DNA of 64,000 nt from Pseudomonadota bacterium (GTDB taxonomy: Bacteria; Bdellovibrionota_G; JALEGL01; DATDPG01). The notes under the pieces were generated by a model. The model did no database searches. It saw only the letters and a program-made list of their open reading frames with translations, and was not told where the DNA came from. Shown here in pieces: positions 21,135 to 30,621 of the stretch. A program made the translations under genes and the position numbers. The stretch is from assembly GCA_043809315.1 (NCBI GenBank), contig JAZDDX010000016.1, positions 96,001-160,000 of the forward strand, in the 5' to 3' direction. Numbering within the stretch: the first letter of the stretch is position 1; every line of letters begins with the position of its first letter.

Positions 21135-21235
21135 TATCAAGCACTTTCGACGCAGGTTCCCAAACCCTGGTGATCTTTAGACACCAAAATAGGAAAAAAC
21201 TGGAGTCAAAATGGCTTGTTCGAGGTCAAAATGAC
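21135..21235. promoter_or_regulatory. IHF-like site plus tandem enhancer-like repeats
   Basis: TATCAAGCACTTT (21135-21147) vs WATCAANNNNTTR; GTCAAAATG at 21205 and 21225, the second inside palindrome GGTCA-AAA-TGACC. Confidence 0.55.
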
Positions 21236-21291
21236 CCCACTTTTCGGAGGACACAATCCGCATTTCTCCCTACTGGACAGGAGGACCCAGA

Positions 21292-21990
21292 ATGTTACAT
21301 TGCGTCATCGTGCCCCACAAAGCCATTCGTCTCGCGGCCATCTTCGGATGCATCTTGCTTTTGACGACCTCTTCCTTCGCCCAACGAAAGGGGAAGAAGT
21401 CGTCGGACAAGCCTTTGGAATTTTCCTCCTGCGATCTCGTCGTCGATCGGTCGGTATACGCGGAATGGGGAGTCAATGCGGTTCATGGCGGCGCCTTCTA
21501 CAGCGACACGAAACTTCTCAGTTACGCCAAAGTGGACAAACCGGGTGGAGAATTTCAGATCGTGCCCCGCATGCCGACCTTGGAAGAAGTTGAGATCGGC
21601 ACCATCGTTCTCGGCTCCACATCCCCTCTGGCTTCTAGGAACCCGAAGCAGGGTTGCTGGACAAAGGTCACCGGGAAAGCTCCGCTCAACATCTCGGACA
21701 TTTCGGTTGTCCACCTTCAATACGCTTTGCCGAAGGTCCCCGCTCTTCTCGAGCTCTACACGACCCCCAAACAACTCTTCTTCGTCGAGCACGGAGGAAC
21801 GTTTTCGTTCGAGTCGGCAGAGAACCTTCAATCCACGAGAGATCGGCTGTTCGGTCCGAAGGAATTGTTGGAGCTTAAGAAGACAGACCAGGTGTCCGCC
21901 GCGCCCGCCCGCCTCTGGGCCTTGTATACCGAGATCGGGAACTATTACGTCAGCGCCTCGGGCAACGGATTCGTTCTTGTGAAAGACTGA
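21292..21990 (+). CDS. Exported protein with degenerate (inactive) Hint-like domain
   Basis: Signal peptide ending SSFA; aligns by eye with the downstream Hint protein (AFYSDTKL, IGTIVLGST, GCWTKVT, TEIGNYYV...VLVKD); alternative GTG start 21310. Confidence 0.75.
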   Translation: MLHCVIVPHKAIRLAAIFGCILLLTTSSFAQRKGKKSSDKPLEFSSCDLVVDRSVYAEWGVNAVHGGAFYSDTKLLSYAKVDKPGGEFQIVPRMPTLEEVEIGTIVLGSTSPLASRNPKQGCWTKVTGKAPLNISDISVVHLQYALPKVPALLELYTTPKQLFFVEHGGTFSFESAENLQSTRDRLFGPKELLELKKTDQVSAAPARLWALYTEIGNYYVSASGNGFVLVKD

Positions 21991-22124
21991 TTGCTTCGAC
22001 CGTCGGGCCCTTGATCCGGCCGAGCGAACCGCGATCGTCGCCAGCGTCCGCGCGGCAACGGGCCTCCCCTCTATTGGTTAAAAGCTGGACAACCGGACCG
22101 AGAATACTACGATGCGTCATATCT

Positions 22125-22994
22125 ATGACGTCCAAACGACGCTGTCTCGTCCTCTTCGCCCTTTTCTTCCTTTCCTCGGTTCCGACCGTCTCGGCCGAAT
22201 CGTGGAAAGCGGTGACCCAAAAGATCCAACACGCGGGGATCCAGGCAATTGAGGAGCAGTACGCGTCGATGCCGCCGTTCTACAAGTACTTCGATTACCC
22301 CGTCTGTAAGGAGATCCTCGACCGCCGCGCCGCCGAGGATGCCGACCGCCGTGCCTACGGCGCCGAGTACGGCCTGAAGCCGCTCAAGAGGATCTCGGGA
22401 GGAAAAGCGGAAGAGGAGTTCGAGATCCACCATCGGGTCAAGAAGGAGTGCTCTCCGGCGGGCGACGTTCCTTGTTTCGCGAGCAACACGAAAATCGTGA
22501 AGCTCGACCGCACGCCGACCGGTGACCGCGTGATCGAAACCGAGATCGCCGCGCTTCGAAAAGGGGACTACGTCCTCGGTTCCACCGCCGATCAAGCTCG
22601 CGAGGAGCGGTACCAGGTCCGCGCCTGCTGGACGCAGGTCACCGAAGCGCCGTACGAAGGGGAAATGAAGGAGGGGGATTCGTACTTGACGATCATGTAT
22701 CGAAGAGAGGGAGAACTCCTGGCCGACAAACAGACGTTGGACGTCACGACCCACCATCGCGTGCGGGCCACCTATTGGGGGGGACGGATGCTCTGGATCG
22801 ACGCCATCCGCTTGGTCCGCGGCTACCGCATCTACGGAGCCGACGGGACGTTCGTTCTCGAGGCCAAGCCGAAATTACACAAGGTCGGGGGAGAGAAACA
22901 GACCGTCACGAACCTCCAGACCGAAACCGGGAACTACTTCATCGGGCCGAAGGGGAGCGCCATCCTCGCCCACAATGAAGGAGTCTGCACGTAG
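22125..22994 (+). CDS. Exported Hint (intein-like/BIL/PT-HINT type) domain protein
   Basis: Signal peptide ending VSA; Hint from CFASNTKI (22473), IAALRKGDYVL, TTHH block B, NLQTETGNYFI...LAHN (22976), tail EGVCT. Confidence 0.85.
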   Translation: MTSKRRCLVLFALFFLSSVPTVSAESWKAVTQKIQHAGIQAIEEQYASMPPFYKYFDYPVCKEILDRRAAEDADRRAYGAEYGLKPLKRISGGKAEEEFEIHHRVKKECSPAGDVPCFASNTKIVKLDRTPTGDRVIETEIAALRKGDYVLGSTADQAREERYQVRACWTQVTEAPYEGEMKEGDSYLTIMYRREGELLADKQTLDVTTHHRVRATYWGGRMLWIDAIRLVRGYRIYGADGTFVLEAKPKLHKVGGEKQTVTNLQTETGNYFIGPKGSAILAHNEGVCT

Positions 22995-22996
22995 CT

Positions 22997-24151
22997 TTAC
23001 AGTCCTCTGAACGCCGCACCGAGATCGGCCACGAGATCCTCGTGGTGTTCGATCCCGACCGACAGGCGGATAAAGCCGTCGGTAATCCCGAGCTTCGTTC
23101 GCACATCGGCCGGCAGGCTCGCGTGCGTCATGATCGCCGGGTGCTCGATCAGGGACTCCACGCCACCCAAACTCTCCGCGAGCGTGAAGACTTGGAGCGC
23201 CGACAGGAAACGCTTCGTTTCGGCCAGCGACGCCTTGAGATAGACGCTCACCATCCCGCCGAAGTCGCGCATCTGTTTCTTCGCGAGCGCGTGCTGCGGA
23301 TGGGACGGATCGCCGGGATAGATCACGCGATCCACTTTCGGCTGCTTTTGCAGGAACTCCACCACCTTCTTGGCGTTCGCGCAGTGCCGGTCCATCCGGA
23401 CCGCGAGCGTCTTTAAGCCCCGCAACGTCAGCCACGAATCGATCGGTCCCGGCGTCGCCCCGATCGATTTCTGCAGGAACTTCACCTGGTCGAACAGCTC
23501 TTTCGTTTTGAGGATCACCGCCCCGCCGACCACGTCCGAGTGCCCGCCGATATACTTCGTCGTCGAGTGCACGACGACGTCGGCGCCGAGCGCCAGCGGG
23601 TTCTGCAAGTACGGCGTCGCGAACGTGTTGTCGACCACCGTCAGGATCTTTCGTTTCGAAGCCTTCGCCGCGATCGCCTCGATGTCGATCAGCTTGAGTA
23701 ACGGGTTCGTCGGCGTCTCGATCCAGACCATTTTCGTAGCCGGTGTCATCGCCTCGTCCAGGGCGGACGGGTCCGTGAGGTCGACGAACGTGAACGAAAA
23801 ACCGCGCGACGCGAGAACCTGCGAAAACAGACGATACGTTCCGCCATAAACATCGTCGCAACAGACGACATGGCTCCCCTCGGGCAGAACGTGCGCCAAC
23901 GTCGCCATCCCACCGAGACCGGAGGAGAAGGCCAGGCCGTACTCCGACCCCTCCAGCGAAGCGAGACAATCCTCCAAGGCCTTGCGCGTCGGGTTGTCGG
24001 CACGGGAGTAGTCGTACCCCTTATGTACCCCGGGCTCGGGCTGCGCGTACGTGCTGGTCTGGTAGATCGGCGTGATCACGGCGCCGGTCGCCGGGTCGGG
24101 CGCCTGCCCGACATGGATCGCCTTCGTCTCAAAGCGGGATTTCTCGTTCAT
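22997..24151 (-). CDS. Cystathionine gamma-lyase/synthase family PLP enzyme
   Basis: YSRADNPT, DDVYGGT, ETPTNP, VHSTTKYIGGHSD, AESLGGVESL; coupled to the CBS gene (reverse transsulfuration). Confidence 0.93.
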   Translation of the reverse strand: MNEKSRFETKAIHVGQAPDPATGAVITPIYQTSTYAQPEPGVHKGYDYSRADNPTRKALEDCLASLEGSEYGLAFSSGLGGMATLAHVLPEGSHVVCCDDVYGGTYRLFSQVLASRGFSFTFVDLTDPSALDEAMTPATKMVWIETPTNPLLKLIDIEAIAAKASKRKILTVVDNTFATPYLQNPLALGADVVVHSTTKYIGGHSDVVGGAVILKTKELFDQVKFLQKSIGATPGPIDSWLTLRGLKTLAVRMDRHCANAKKVVEFLQKQPKVDRVIYPGDPSHPQHALAKKQMRDFGGMVSVYLKASLAETKRFLSALQVFTLAESLGGVESLIEHPAIMTHASLPADVRTKLGITDGFIRLSVGIEHHEDLVADLGAAFRGL

Positions 24152-25137
24152 TTCCCCTCCACCTCAAAGCCGTTCGTCCGCATCCATTCGTCGTTGTACA
24201 TCTTCGAGAGGTATTTGGACCCGCCGTCGGGCAAGAGAATCAGGAACGTCTTCGGTTCTTTCAAGGTTTTCGCGAACTTGAGCGCCCCCGCCACGGCGCC
24301 GCCACAGGAACCGCCGGCAAAGATCCCCTCCTCCTTCGTAAGTCTCCGCCCGTAGGTGAAACACTCCTGATCGGTCACCTGGACCATCTCGTCGATGATC
24401 TTGAAATCGAGGCATTTGGGCAGGAAGTCCTCACCGAACCCCTCGACCTTGTAGCTGGTCAGGAGTTTCGGCGCTTTCCCGGTTTTGAAATACTCGTAGA
24501 AGATCGAACCGACCGGATCGATGCCGAGCGTCTTGAGCTTCGGGTTCTTTTCCTTCAGGAATTTCGAGATCCCGCTGATCGTCCCGCCGGTCCCGGCCGC
24601 GATGACCAGCCAATCGAACTCGGAGCCCATCTGCTCCCAGATCTCCGGCCCGGTCGAAAGATAGTGCGCCTTCGGGTTGGACGGGTTGTCGTACTGGTTG
24701 ATGTGGAACGAGTTCGGAGTCTCCTTCTCCAGGCGTTTCGCCACGGAATAATAGCTGCGGGGATCGTCCGGTTCGACCGCCGTCGGCGTCGAGATCACCT
24801 TCGCCCCGAACGCCTCGAGCGCCCGCACCTTCTCATCGGAGATCTTGTCCGGCATGACGAAGATGCACGTAAAACCCCGCACCGCAGCCACCATGGCGAG
24901 CCCCATTCCGGTGTTCCCGGACGTCGTCTCGATGATCGTCCCGCCGGGTTTGAGTTTCCCGGAAGCAACCGCATCGTCCACCAACTGGATCCCGATCCGG
25001 TCTTTCACCGACCCACCCGGGTTCATGAACTCGAGCTTGACGTAGAACTTATGCGGAAGATCTTTTCCGATCGAGTTCAAACGCACGATCGGCGTCCTCC
25101 CGACACATTCGAGGATATTCCCGTAGACGTTTTTCAT
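24148..25137 (-). CDS. Cystathionine beta-synthase / cysteine synthase family
   Basis: KLEFMNPGGSVKDR, TTSGNTG, NQYDNPSN, GTGGT, YKVEGFGEDF. Confidence 0.92.
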   Translation of the reverse strand: MKNVYGNILECVGRTPIVRLNSIGKDLPHKFYVKLEFMNPGGSVKDRIGIQLVDDAVASGKLKPGGTIIETTSGNTGMGLAMVAAVRGFTCIFVMPDKISDEKVRALEAFGAKVISTPTAVEPDDPRSYYSVAKRLEKETPNSFHINQYDNPSNPKAHYLSTGPEIWEQMGSEFDWLVIAAGTGGTISGISKFLKEKNPKLKTLGIDPVGSIFYEYFKTGKAPKLLTSYKVEGFGEDFLPKCLDFKIIDEMVQVTDQECFTYGRRLTKEEGIFAGGSCGGAVAGALKFAKTLKEPKTFLILLPDGGSKYLSKMYNDEWMRTNGFEVEGK

Positions 25138-26732
25138 GGCGCGAGGCTTATATCCGAAAACGGATGGAGGTCCCAGAGATTGGGGGTGTATCCGGTGACT
25201 GCGGGGGAGATGAGAATCGGAATCGTCGCATAGAAGAGCGGAACGATTCCACCGTCCCGAAGGATCGTCGACTCGGCCCTGCGGATGAACCCGCGCGCCG
25301 TATTCCATTCGACCGATTGTTCGACTTCTTTGAGCAATTGGTCGAACTCCCGACTGGAAAAGCCGCCCGCGGTACTGCGCCCGGTCCGGAACGCTTCCAG
25401 AAAGCCGAACGGCCGGTCGGGGGTCACCGCCAAGTCGTCCAGCGCCATCGTGTACTCCCCGGCGGAAACGAGTCGCACGAATTCGTCCGGGGATTTCTGC
25501 GTGACAACGATCCCCTCGATCCCTAAATTCCGTTTGAGCATCGTCTCGACCGTGAGAGCGATCTTCCGCTTCTGCTCGCTCTCAGGATGAATGAGTGTCA
25601 GAAGCGGGAACGGCTTGCACGCACCCTCCGTCTTTTTCTTCCCGCAGTACCCGAGGTCACGGATCATCTTCTGCGCCGAAAGCACGCTCAAGAGATAGCC
25701 GCGCGGCGGCTCGTACCCGCGGATTCCGGAAGGGATAAGGGAGAAGGCGGGGGATTCCCCCGAAAGGCCAATGGAGCTCAAGAGAAGCGGCCGATCGATC
25801 GCCATCGCCATCGCTTGCCTTAAGCCCACCTGGGAGAGCGGGGCCTTCGCGGCGTTGAGGCGCAAGAAGACGGTCCGCAGGTCCGGTTCGTAGAGAAGGT
25901 CGCTCCGCCCTGCCAGTCGCGGAACCTTGTTCGACGGGACACCGAAATCCCTAAGCCCAAACTGATCGACCGATCCGTTCGTGTACAGCTCCACACCGGA
26001 GGAGCCGTTCTCCACCCACGTGACGCGGACTTCGTCGATCCGGATCGAGGCGGCCAGGCGGTGGTGCGGATTCTTCGCGAGAACCATCCCGCGCTCGTCC
26101 ATCGACACCGGCACGAACGGGCCGTTCCCGACCCAGTTCTCCGGTTTCGCCCAACCGTTCTTGTTCCGCTCGATCGCCCGCCGGTCGACCGGGCCGGTTC
26201 CCGGCTCGGAGAAAAGATCGAGGAAGAGAGAGGACGGGCGCTTGAGCTCCAAAACAAGCGTCGTTTCGTCCTTCGCGTCGATCCCGACCTGGGAGGGAGC
26301 CAGCAGCATCCCCTCCCGCATCTCCTCCCCCCCTTTGACGAGGGTCAAACGATCGCTCAGCCAACCGTGCTGGCTCGGCTGCAGGAGGCGACGGAGGGAG
26401 TAGGCGTAATCCTCGGCGGTCACCTTCTTTCCGTTCGACCAGAAGAGATCGTTCCGAAGGTAGAACGTGATCTTGTGGCCGTCCGGAGAGAACGTGGTCC
26501 TCTCGGCCGCAGCCGGCTCCAGAGTTCCGTTCTCCGGATTCCGCTTGAGCAACGGCTCAACGAGGCTCGAAGCGATGGCCAGCTCCGATGTGGAATCGGC
26601 AGTCGCCGGGTCGAGGGTGTCGATCGGACCGGCCAGAGCGATCCGGAAGACCCGCTTCGGCGGCTCGCCGTTCGCAACGGAAGCAAGGCAAAGAAAGGCC
26701 GCTAGGAGGCCAGATAGTTCTGAGCGAGCGAT
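25134..26732 (-). CDS. ABC transporter substrate-binding protein, OppA/family 5
   Basis: TLDPA, TFYLRNDLFWSNGKKVTAEDY, VGNGPF, LRQAMAMAIDR; no canonical in-frame start near the signal peptide (ATC at 26732 tentative). Confidence 0.85.
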   Translation of the reverse strand: MARSELSGLLAAFLCLASVANGEPPKRVFRIALAGPIDTLDPATADSTSELAIASSLVEPLLKRNPENGTLEPAAAERTTFSPDGHKITFYLRNDLFWSNGKKVTAEDYAYSLRRLLQPSQHGWLSDRLTLVKGGEEMREGMLLAPSQVGIDAKDETTLVLELKRPSSLFLDLFSEPGTGPVDRRAIERNKNGWAKPENWVGNGPFVPVSMDERGMVLAKNPHHRLAASIRIDEVRVTWVENGSSGVELYTNGSVDQFGLRDFGVPSNKVPRLAGRSDLLYEPDLRTVFLRLNAAKAPLSQVGLRQAMAMAIDRPLLLSSIGLSGESPAFSLIPSGIRGYEPPRGYLLSVLSAQKMIRDLGYCGKKKTEGACKPFPLLTLIHPESEQKRKIALTVETMLKRNLGIEGIVVTQKSPDEFVRLVSAGEYTMALDDLAVTPDRPFGFLEAFRTGRSTAGGFSSREFDQLLKEVEQSVEWNTARGFIRRAESTILRDGGIVPLFYATIPILISPAVTGYTPNLWDLHPFSDISLAP

Positions 26733-27088
26733 TCGACCGCCTTTCTCGCCCGCAGGACCCTCGGTGCGTCCTGTTCGAGGATCGCGAGCAGGTATTCGTA
26801 ATGCTGATCCGAGATCTTGTTGAACTGCGCCTCGGGGGTCTCGGACGTCAATACCAACGCGTGCCAGTAGACTTCCTGATCGATCGAGATCTCCTGCCCC
26901 GGCAGCTCCAACGCCGCACGGTAGAGGAACTCGATCCCCTCGAACGGGCAGGGTTGGACCACCAGCTTCACGTGGGACGCTTCCCCCAGCCGCTCGATCT
27001 CGCGGCGCTTCCGTTCCAGGTCTCCCGATTGGATGAAGAGAACGATGCTGTATCGGTTGGTCGTATCCGCGAATGCGTCGAAGTTCAC
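26702..27088 (-). CDS. Hypothetical protein
   Basis: 128-aa ORF with GTGA overlap to the upstream peptidase; protein-like composition. Confidence 0.65.
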   Translation of the reverse strand: MNFDAFADTTNRYSIVLFIQSGDLERKRREIERLGEASHVKLVVQPCPFEGIEFLYRAALELPGQEISIDQEVYWHALVLTSETPEAQFNKISDQHYEYLLAILEQDAPRVLRARKAVESLAQNYLAS

Positions 27089-29700
27089 GATCTCCCCCGC
27101 ACGATCCCCGAAGCATACTGCTCCGGATTGAGGATGTCGCGCGCCGTTTGACAGACGCTGTCGGCTGTCACGCTCTCGATCCGACTTTCGTATTCCGCGA
27201 TCCCTTCCGGTCCCCTCCCCGCGATGATGTGATGGAGGTAAGCATACGCCACCGGCAAATTCCCCTGGAGCGACATGGCGTGGCTGCCGATGCAGTACGC
27301 CTTGGCGGCCTTCAGCTCGTCCTCCGGCACCCGTCGCTCGCGAACGTTCATCAGCTCCGACAGGAGCCGCGCCCGCGCCTCGTTCTCCTTCTCGCGGGAG
27401 GTGGCGATGTAGGTGAAGAATGCCCCGCCTCGAAGGAGTGAGATGTTGAACGCCGTCGCCGTGTAGACCAACGGGGCCTCCTCTCGCAGTGCCCGGAAGA
27501 AGCGCCCTCCCATTCCGGCCAGGACGTTCCGGAGCACCTCGAGAGCGAAATACCGGTCGTCGCGAATCGGGACGCCGGCGAACCCGAGTGCTACGCCGGT
27601 CTGTTGCCGTTCCCTCTCTTCCACCGCCTCGCGGACTCCACGGGCCGGCACCACCGGATAGAGCTGCGCCTTCGGCTCGTCGTCCCGATCCCCCGAAACG
27701 CCGAACTTTTCCCGAACAACCGAGACCGCTCGATTCCGATCAATGTCCCCCGCGACCGTCACCACCATCTTCCGCCACTGGAACGCCTCGGAATACCAGT
27801 CGGTCAAGTCGGATCGGGTGATCCGGCCGATCGACTCCTCGGTCCCGTTCCGAGGGAGGCCGTACGGGTGGAGGCCGAACATCGAGCGATAAAACAGTTC
27901 GATCGGGTACCGGAACATGTCGTCCCGGCTCCGGCGGACCGCGGCCGTGATGGTCTGCCGTTCCTTCTCGACCTCGGTATCGGGGAACGCGGGACGAGTG
28001 ACGACGTCGCTTAGGAGGTCGAGTCCTTTGTCGAAGTCGCGGGAGAGGAGGCTCATCGAATAGCCGAACAGGTCGGCCGTCGACTCGACCGCAATCGAGC
28101 TTCCGAGCGATTCCATCTCGAAGGCAATTTCGTCGGCCGAACGATGTTCCGTCCCTTTGAGCGTCGAGCGGAGCATGAACTGCGTGACGCCGCAGTTCCC
28201 CTCCGTCTCGTCCAGACGCCCTCCCGGGAAGTAAACCGCGGCGGAGACGAGCGGAAGCGCCGGATTGTGGAGATGAAGAAGCGTGGCCCCCCCGAGATCG
28301 ATCGTCTCGAGGCTCTGCGTGAGCGGCCGGGTGTCGAACGAAGAGAAGACGAACGGAGGAACGGCCGGGATCTCCGGAGCGGGGGCGGCTGTCTCTTTCT
28401 CCCATCGCCTCCCGACCCTCTTTTCGAGACTCTCCAGACGCGCCTCGATCGGCGCCCCCTCCCCGAGGCGGTTCGGGACGTACTCGATCAGGCTCATGTT
28501 CGGGAAGGTGAAATACTTCTCGAGAACCCGGAGAATGTCGGACGAGGTCACGCTCCGCATCCGGTTCACGTATTCGAGAACCTGCTCGTACCCGCCGAGA
28601 TCCTCGAAGAAGGCGAGGCCGTACGCCTGCCCCATCACGTCCTCTTTCTCGGAGAAGAAGTTCACCTCGACGACGCTCCGGATCTTCGCGATTTCCTCCG
28701 CCGTCGGGGGATCTTTCCGGATCCGGTCCAACTCGACCCAGATCTCCTCCTCGCAGAGTGGGAGGTTCTCCGGTTTCAGATCGGCCTCGATCGCCAGGAA
28801 CCCGACATCGCGCGATGTGTAGAGCGAAACACCGACCGCGTCGACGATCCCCTTCTCCTCTTTGATGGAACGGTAGAGACGGGAACTCCGTCCCCGTCCG
28901 AGAAGGATCGAGAGAGCGATCGTCGCGTAGTAGTCCGGATGATTCGTCGGAGGGACGTGAAACCCCATCTTGAGAAGGGGCTGGACGATATCCCCGTTCA
29001 GACGGACCATCTTAGGAGCGGCCTGCAAAGGCTCCTCCGGGGAACGGTTCCGTTCGACCTCACGGGCCGGCATCTCCCCGTACCGCCGTTCGATCTCGGG
29101 GAAAAGCGCACCGGGTTCGAAATCCCCCGCCACGACGAGGATGATGTTCCCGGGGGCGTAGTACCGTTCGTAGTACCCGACGACGTCGTCCCGCGTGAGC
29201 TTTCGGATGTTCTCCTCTTTCCCCATCCGCCAGCGCCGGATCCTGTGTTTCTCGAACGCCAGCTCCAGGAGCTTTTCCCAGGCGAACGGGTTCGGGCTGT
29301 CGTACTTCCGCTTCAGCTCCTCGATGACGACCTCTTTCTCCTTGTCGAGTTCGCCGGCATCGAACAACGGATGCATGAGAGCGTCGGCCTGGATGTCGAT
29401 CGCAGGGACGAGGTTCTTGGAGGGAAGAACCGTATAGTAATAGGTGTGGTCGTAGATCGTGGCGGCGTTCAGATACCCGCCGAGGAGCTTCGTCTGGCGT
29501 GCGATCTCGCTCCCCGCGCGCGTCGGCGTCCCCTTGAAGAACATATGCTCGATCACGTGGGAGATCCCGACGTTCTCGTCCGGCTCGTCGAAGTACCCCG
29601 CCCGGACCCAGGTCAGGGCGCAGGCGAGAGGGAGCCGGTGGTCGGGACACAGCAGGACCGTCAATCCGTTCGAAAGCTTTCTTCGCTCGACCCCTTTCAA
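27085..29700 (-). CDS. M16 family zinc peptidase (two-module, PqqL/pitrilysin-like)
   Basis: GISHVIEHMFFKGT (HxxEH), LNAAT, EKEVVIEE; degenerate second module. Confidence 0.93.
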   Translation of the reverse strand: MKGVERRKLSNGLTVLLCPDHRLPLACALTWVRAGYFDEPDENVGISHVIEHMFFKGTPTRAGSEIARQTKLLGGYLNAATIYDHTYYYTVLPSKNLVPAIDIQADALMHPLFDAGELDKEKEVVIEELKRKYDSPNPFAWEKLLELAFEKHRIRRWRMGKEENIRKLTRDDVVGYYERYYAPGNIILVVAGDFEPGALFPEIERRYGEMPAREVERNRSPEEPLQAAPKMVRLNGDIVQPLLKMGFHVPPTNHPDYYATIALSILLGRGRSSRLYRSIKEEKGIVDAVGVSLYTSRDVGFLAIEADLKPENLPLCEEEIWVELDRIRKDPPTAEEIAKIRSVVEVNFFSEKEDVMGQAYGLAFFEDLGGYEQVLEYVNRMRSVTSSDILRVLEKYFTFPNMSLIEYVPNRLGEGAPIEARLESLEKRVGRRWEKETAAPAPEIPAVPPFVFSSFDTRPLTQSLETIDLGGATLLHLHNPALPLVSAAVYFPGGRLDETEGNCGVTQFMLRSTLKGTEHRSADEIAFEMESLGSSIAVESTADLFGYSMSLLSRDFDKGLDLLSDVVTRPAFPDTEVEKERQTITAAVRRSRDDMFRYPIELFYRSMFGLHPYGLPRNGTEESIGRITRSDLTDWYSEAFQWRKMVVTVAGDIDRNRAVSVVREKFGVSGDRDDEPKAQLYPVVPARGVREAVEERERQQTGVALGFAGVPIRDDRYFALEVLRNVLAGMGGRFFRALREEAPLVYTATAFNISLLRGGAFFTYIATSREKENEARARLLSELMNVRERRVPEDELKAAKAYCIGSHAMSLQGNLPVAYAYLHHIIAGRGPEGIAEYESRIESVTADSVCQTARDILNPEQYASGIVRGRS

Positions 29701-29707
29701 ACGGATG

Positions 29708-30583
29708 TCATCCTATCTTGTCTTTCGACGAAGAGAAGCCGAAATCGCGGAGATGCTCGCTCCACTCGTCTTCCGTCGCACGAACGCGAGGGTCGGACCA
29801 TCGAAAAATCAGAAGAGTGATCGGCAGGAGGTAGAGAAAGATCCCGGCGATCAGGAGCCCGCGTTCCCCGATCCAGCCGGTCATGAAAAGGTTGAACGCG
29901 AGAACGCCGAAGTAGAGTCCCAAACCGTAGAGTCCTTGGAACGGGAGGATTCGGATTCCGGAATCGCGAAACCCCGCTCCCAACCAGTTCCCTTCGATCC
30001 GTTGGTAGATCCAGGTTGCGACGAAGCCGACCAACCCCCAGCCGAGAGCGTTCGAAAGAGGGACGCCGAAGTAGGCCCCCGGTTTGTCATAGAAATAGAT
30101 CCTCCCCAGGAACCACCGATCTCCGCGCAGTGCCACGGGGTCGATCACGAAGTCGATCAGCATCATGAAGAGCGCGGTCAGAACGAGCGTCTTCCAACTC
30201 CTTCGGATCGCGAACGTGTCGGCGATCTGAACGTCGCGGCGGCTGACCTTGAGCGGGGAGAGAAAAAACAGAGCGGTCGAAAACGAAGCGAAGAGAAGGA
30301 ACGTGAACGAGAGGGAATCCATGAACGGGACATTCGAGAGGAACAGCTCCTCTCCCCGCGTGCTCTCGGTGTAATGATAGAGGCCGTACGGAAATCCGGT
30401 CCGGGTCGAACAGATCTCCGACAGGAAGGCGACGACCCAAGTACCGAACATGAATACGAGCGTCCGGCGGAGTCCAATCGAAACGATGGCGGCGAAAAGA
30501 AACGCTCCCATGAAGACGAAGACGTACGGCCGCAAGGCGACCGTCTTGAGGAAAAGGACGGGGATTTCCATCTCGGTCTTCAT
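29708..30583 (-). CDS. CruF/DUF422-type carotenoid-biosynthesis family membrane protein
   Basis: SEICSTRTGFPYGLYHY, DFVIDPVA, YFGVPLSNALGW. Confidence 0.75.
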   Translation of the reverse strand: MKTEMEIPVLFLKTVALRPYVFVFMGAFLFAAIVSIGLRRTLVFMFGTWVVAFLSEICSTRTGFPYGLYHYTESTRGEELFLSNVPFMDSLSFTFLLFASFSTALFFLSPLKVSRRDVQIADTFAIRRSWKTLVLTALFMMLIDFVIDPVALRGDRWFLGRIYFYDKPGAYFGVPLSNALGWGLVGFVATWIYQRIEGNWLGAGFRDSGIRILPFQGLYGLGLYFGVLAFNLFMTGWIGERGLLIAGIFLYLLPITLLIFRWSDPRVRATEDEWSEHLRDFGFSSSKDKIG

Positions 30584-30621
30584 GTTAGACACCTTCGTCG
30601 GAATCCGCTACATCGCCGGAC

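Noticed and set aside
22473-22994. Hint domain as a classical intein or polymorphic toxin
   Set aside because: The +1 residue is Glu, there is no endonuclease domain, the tail is only 5 aa and no immunity-like gene follows
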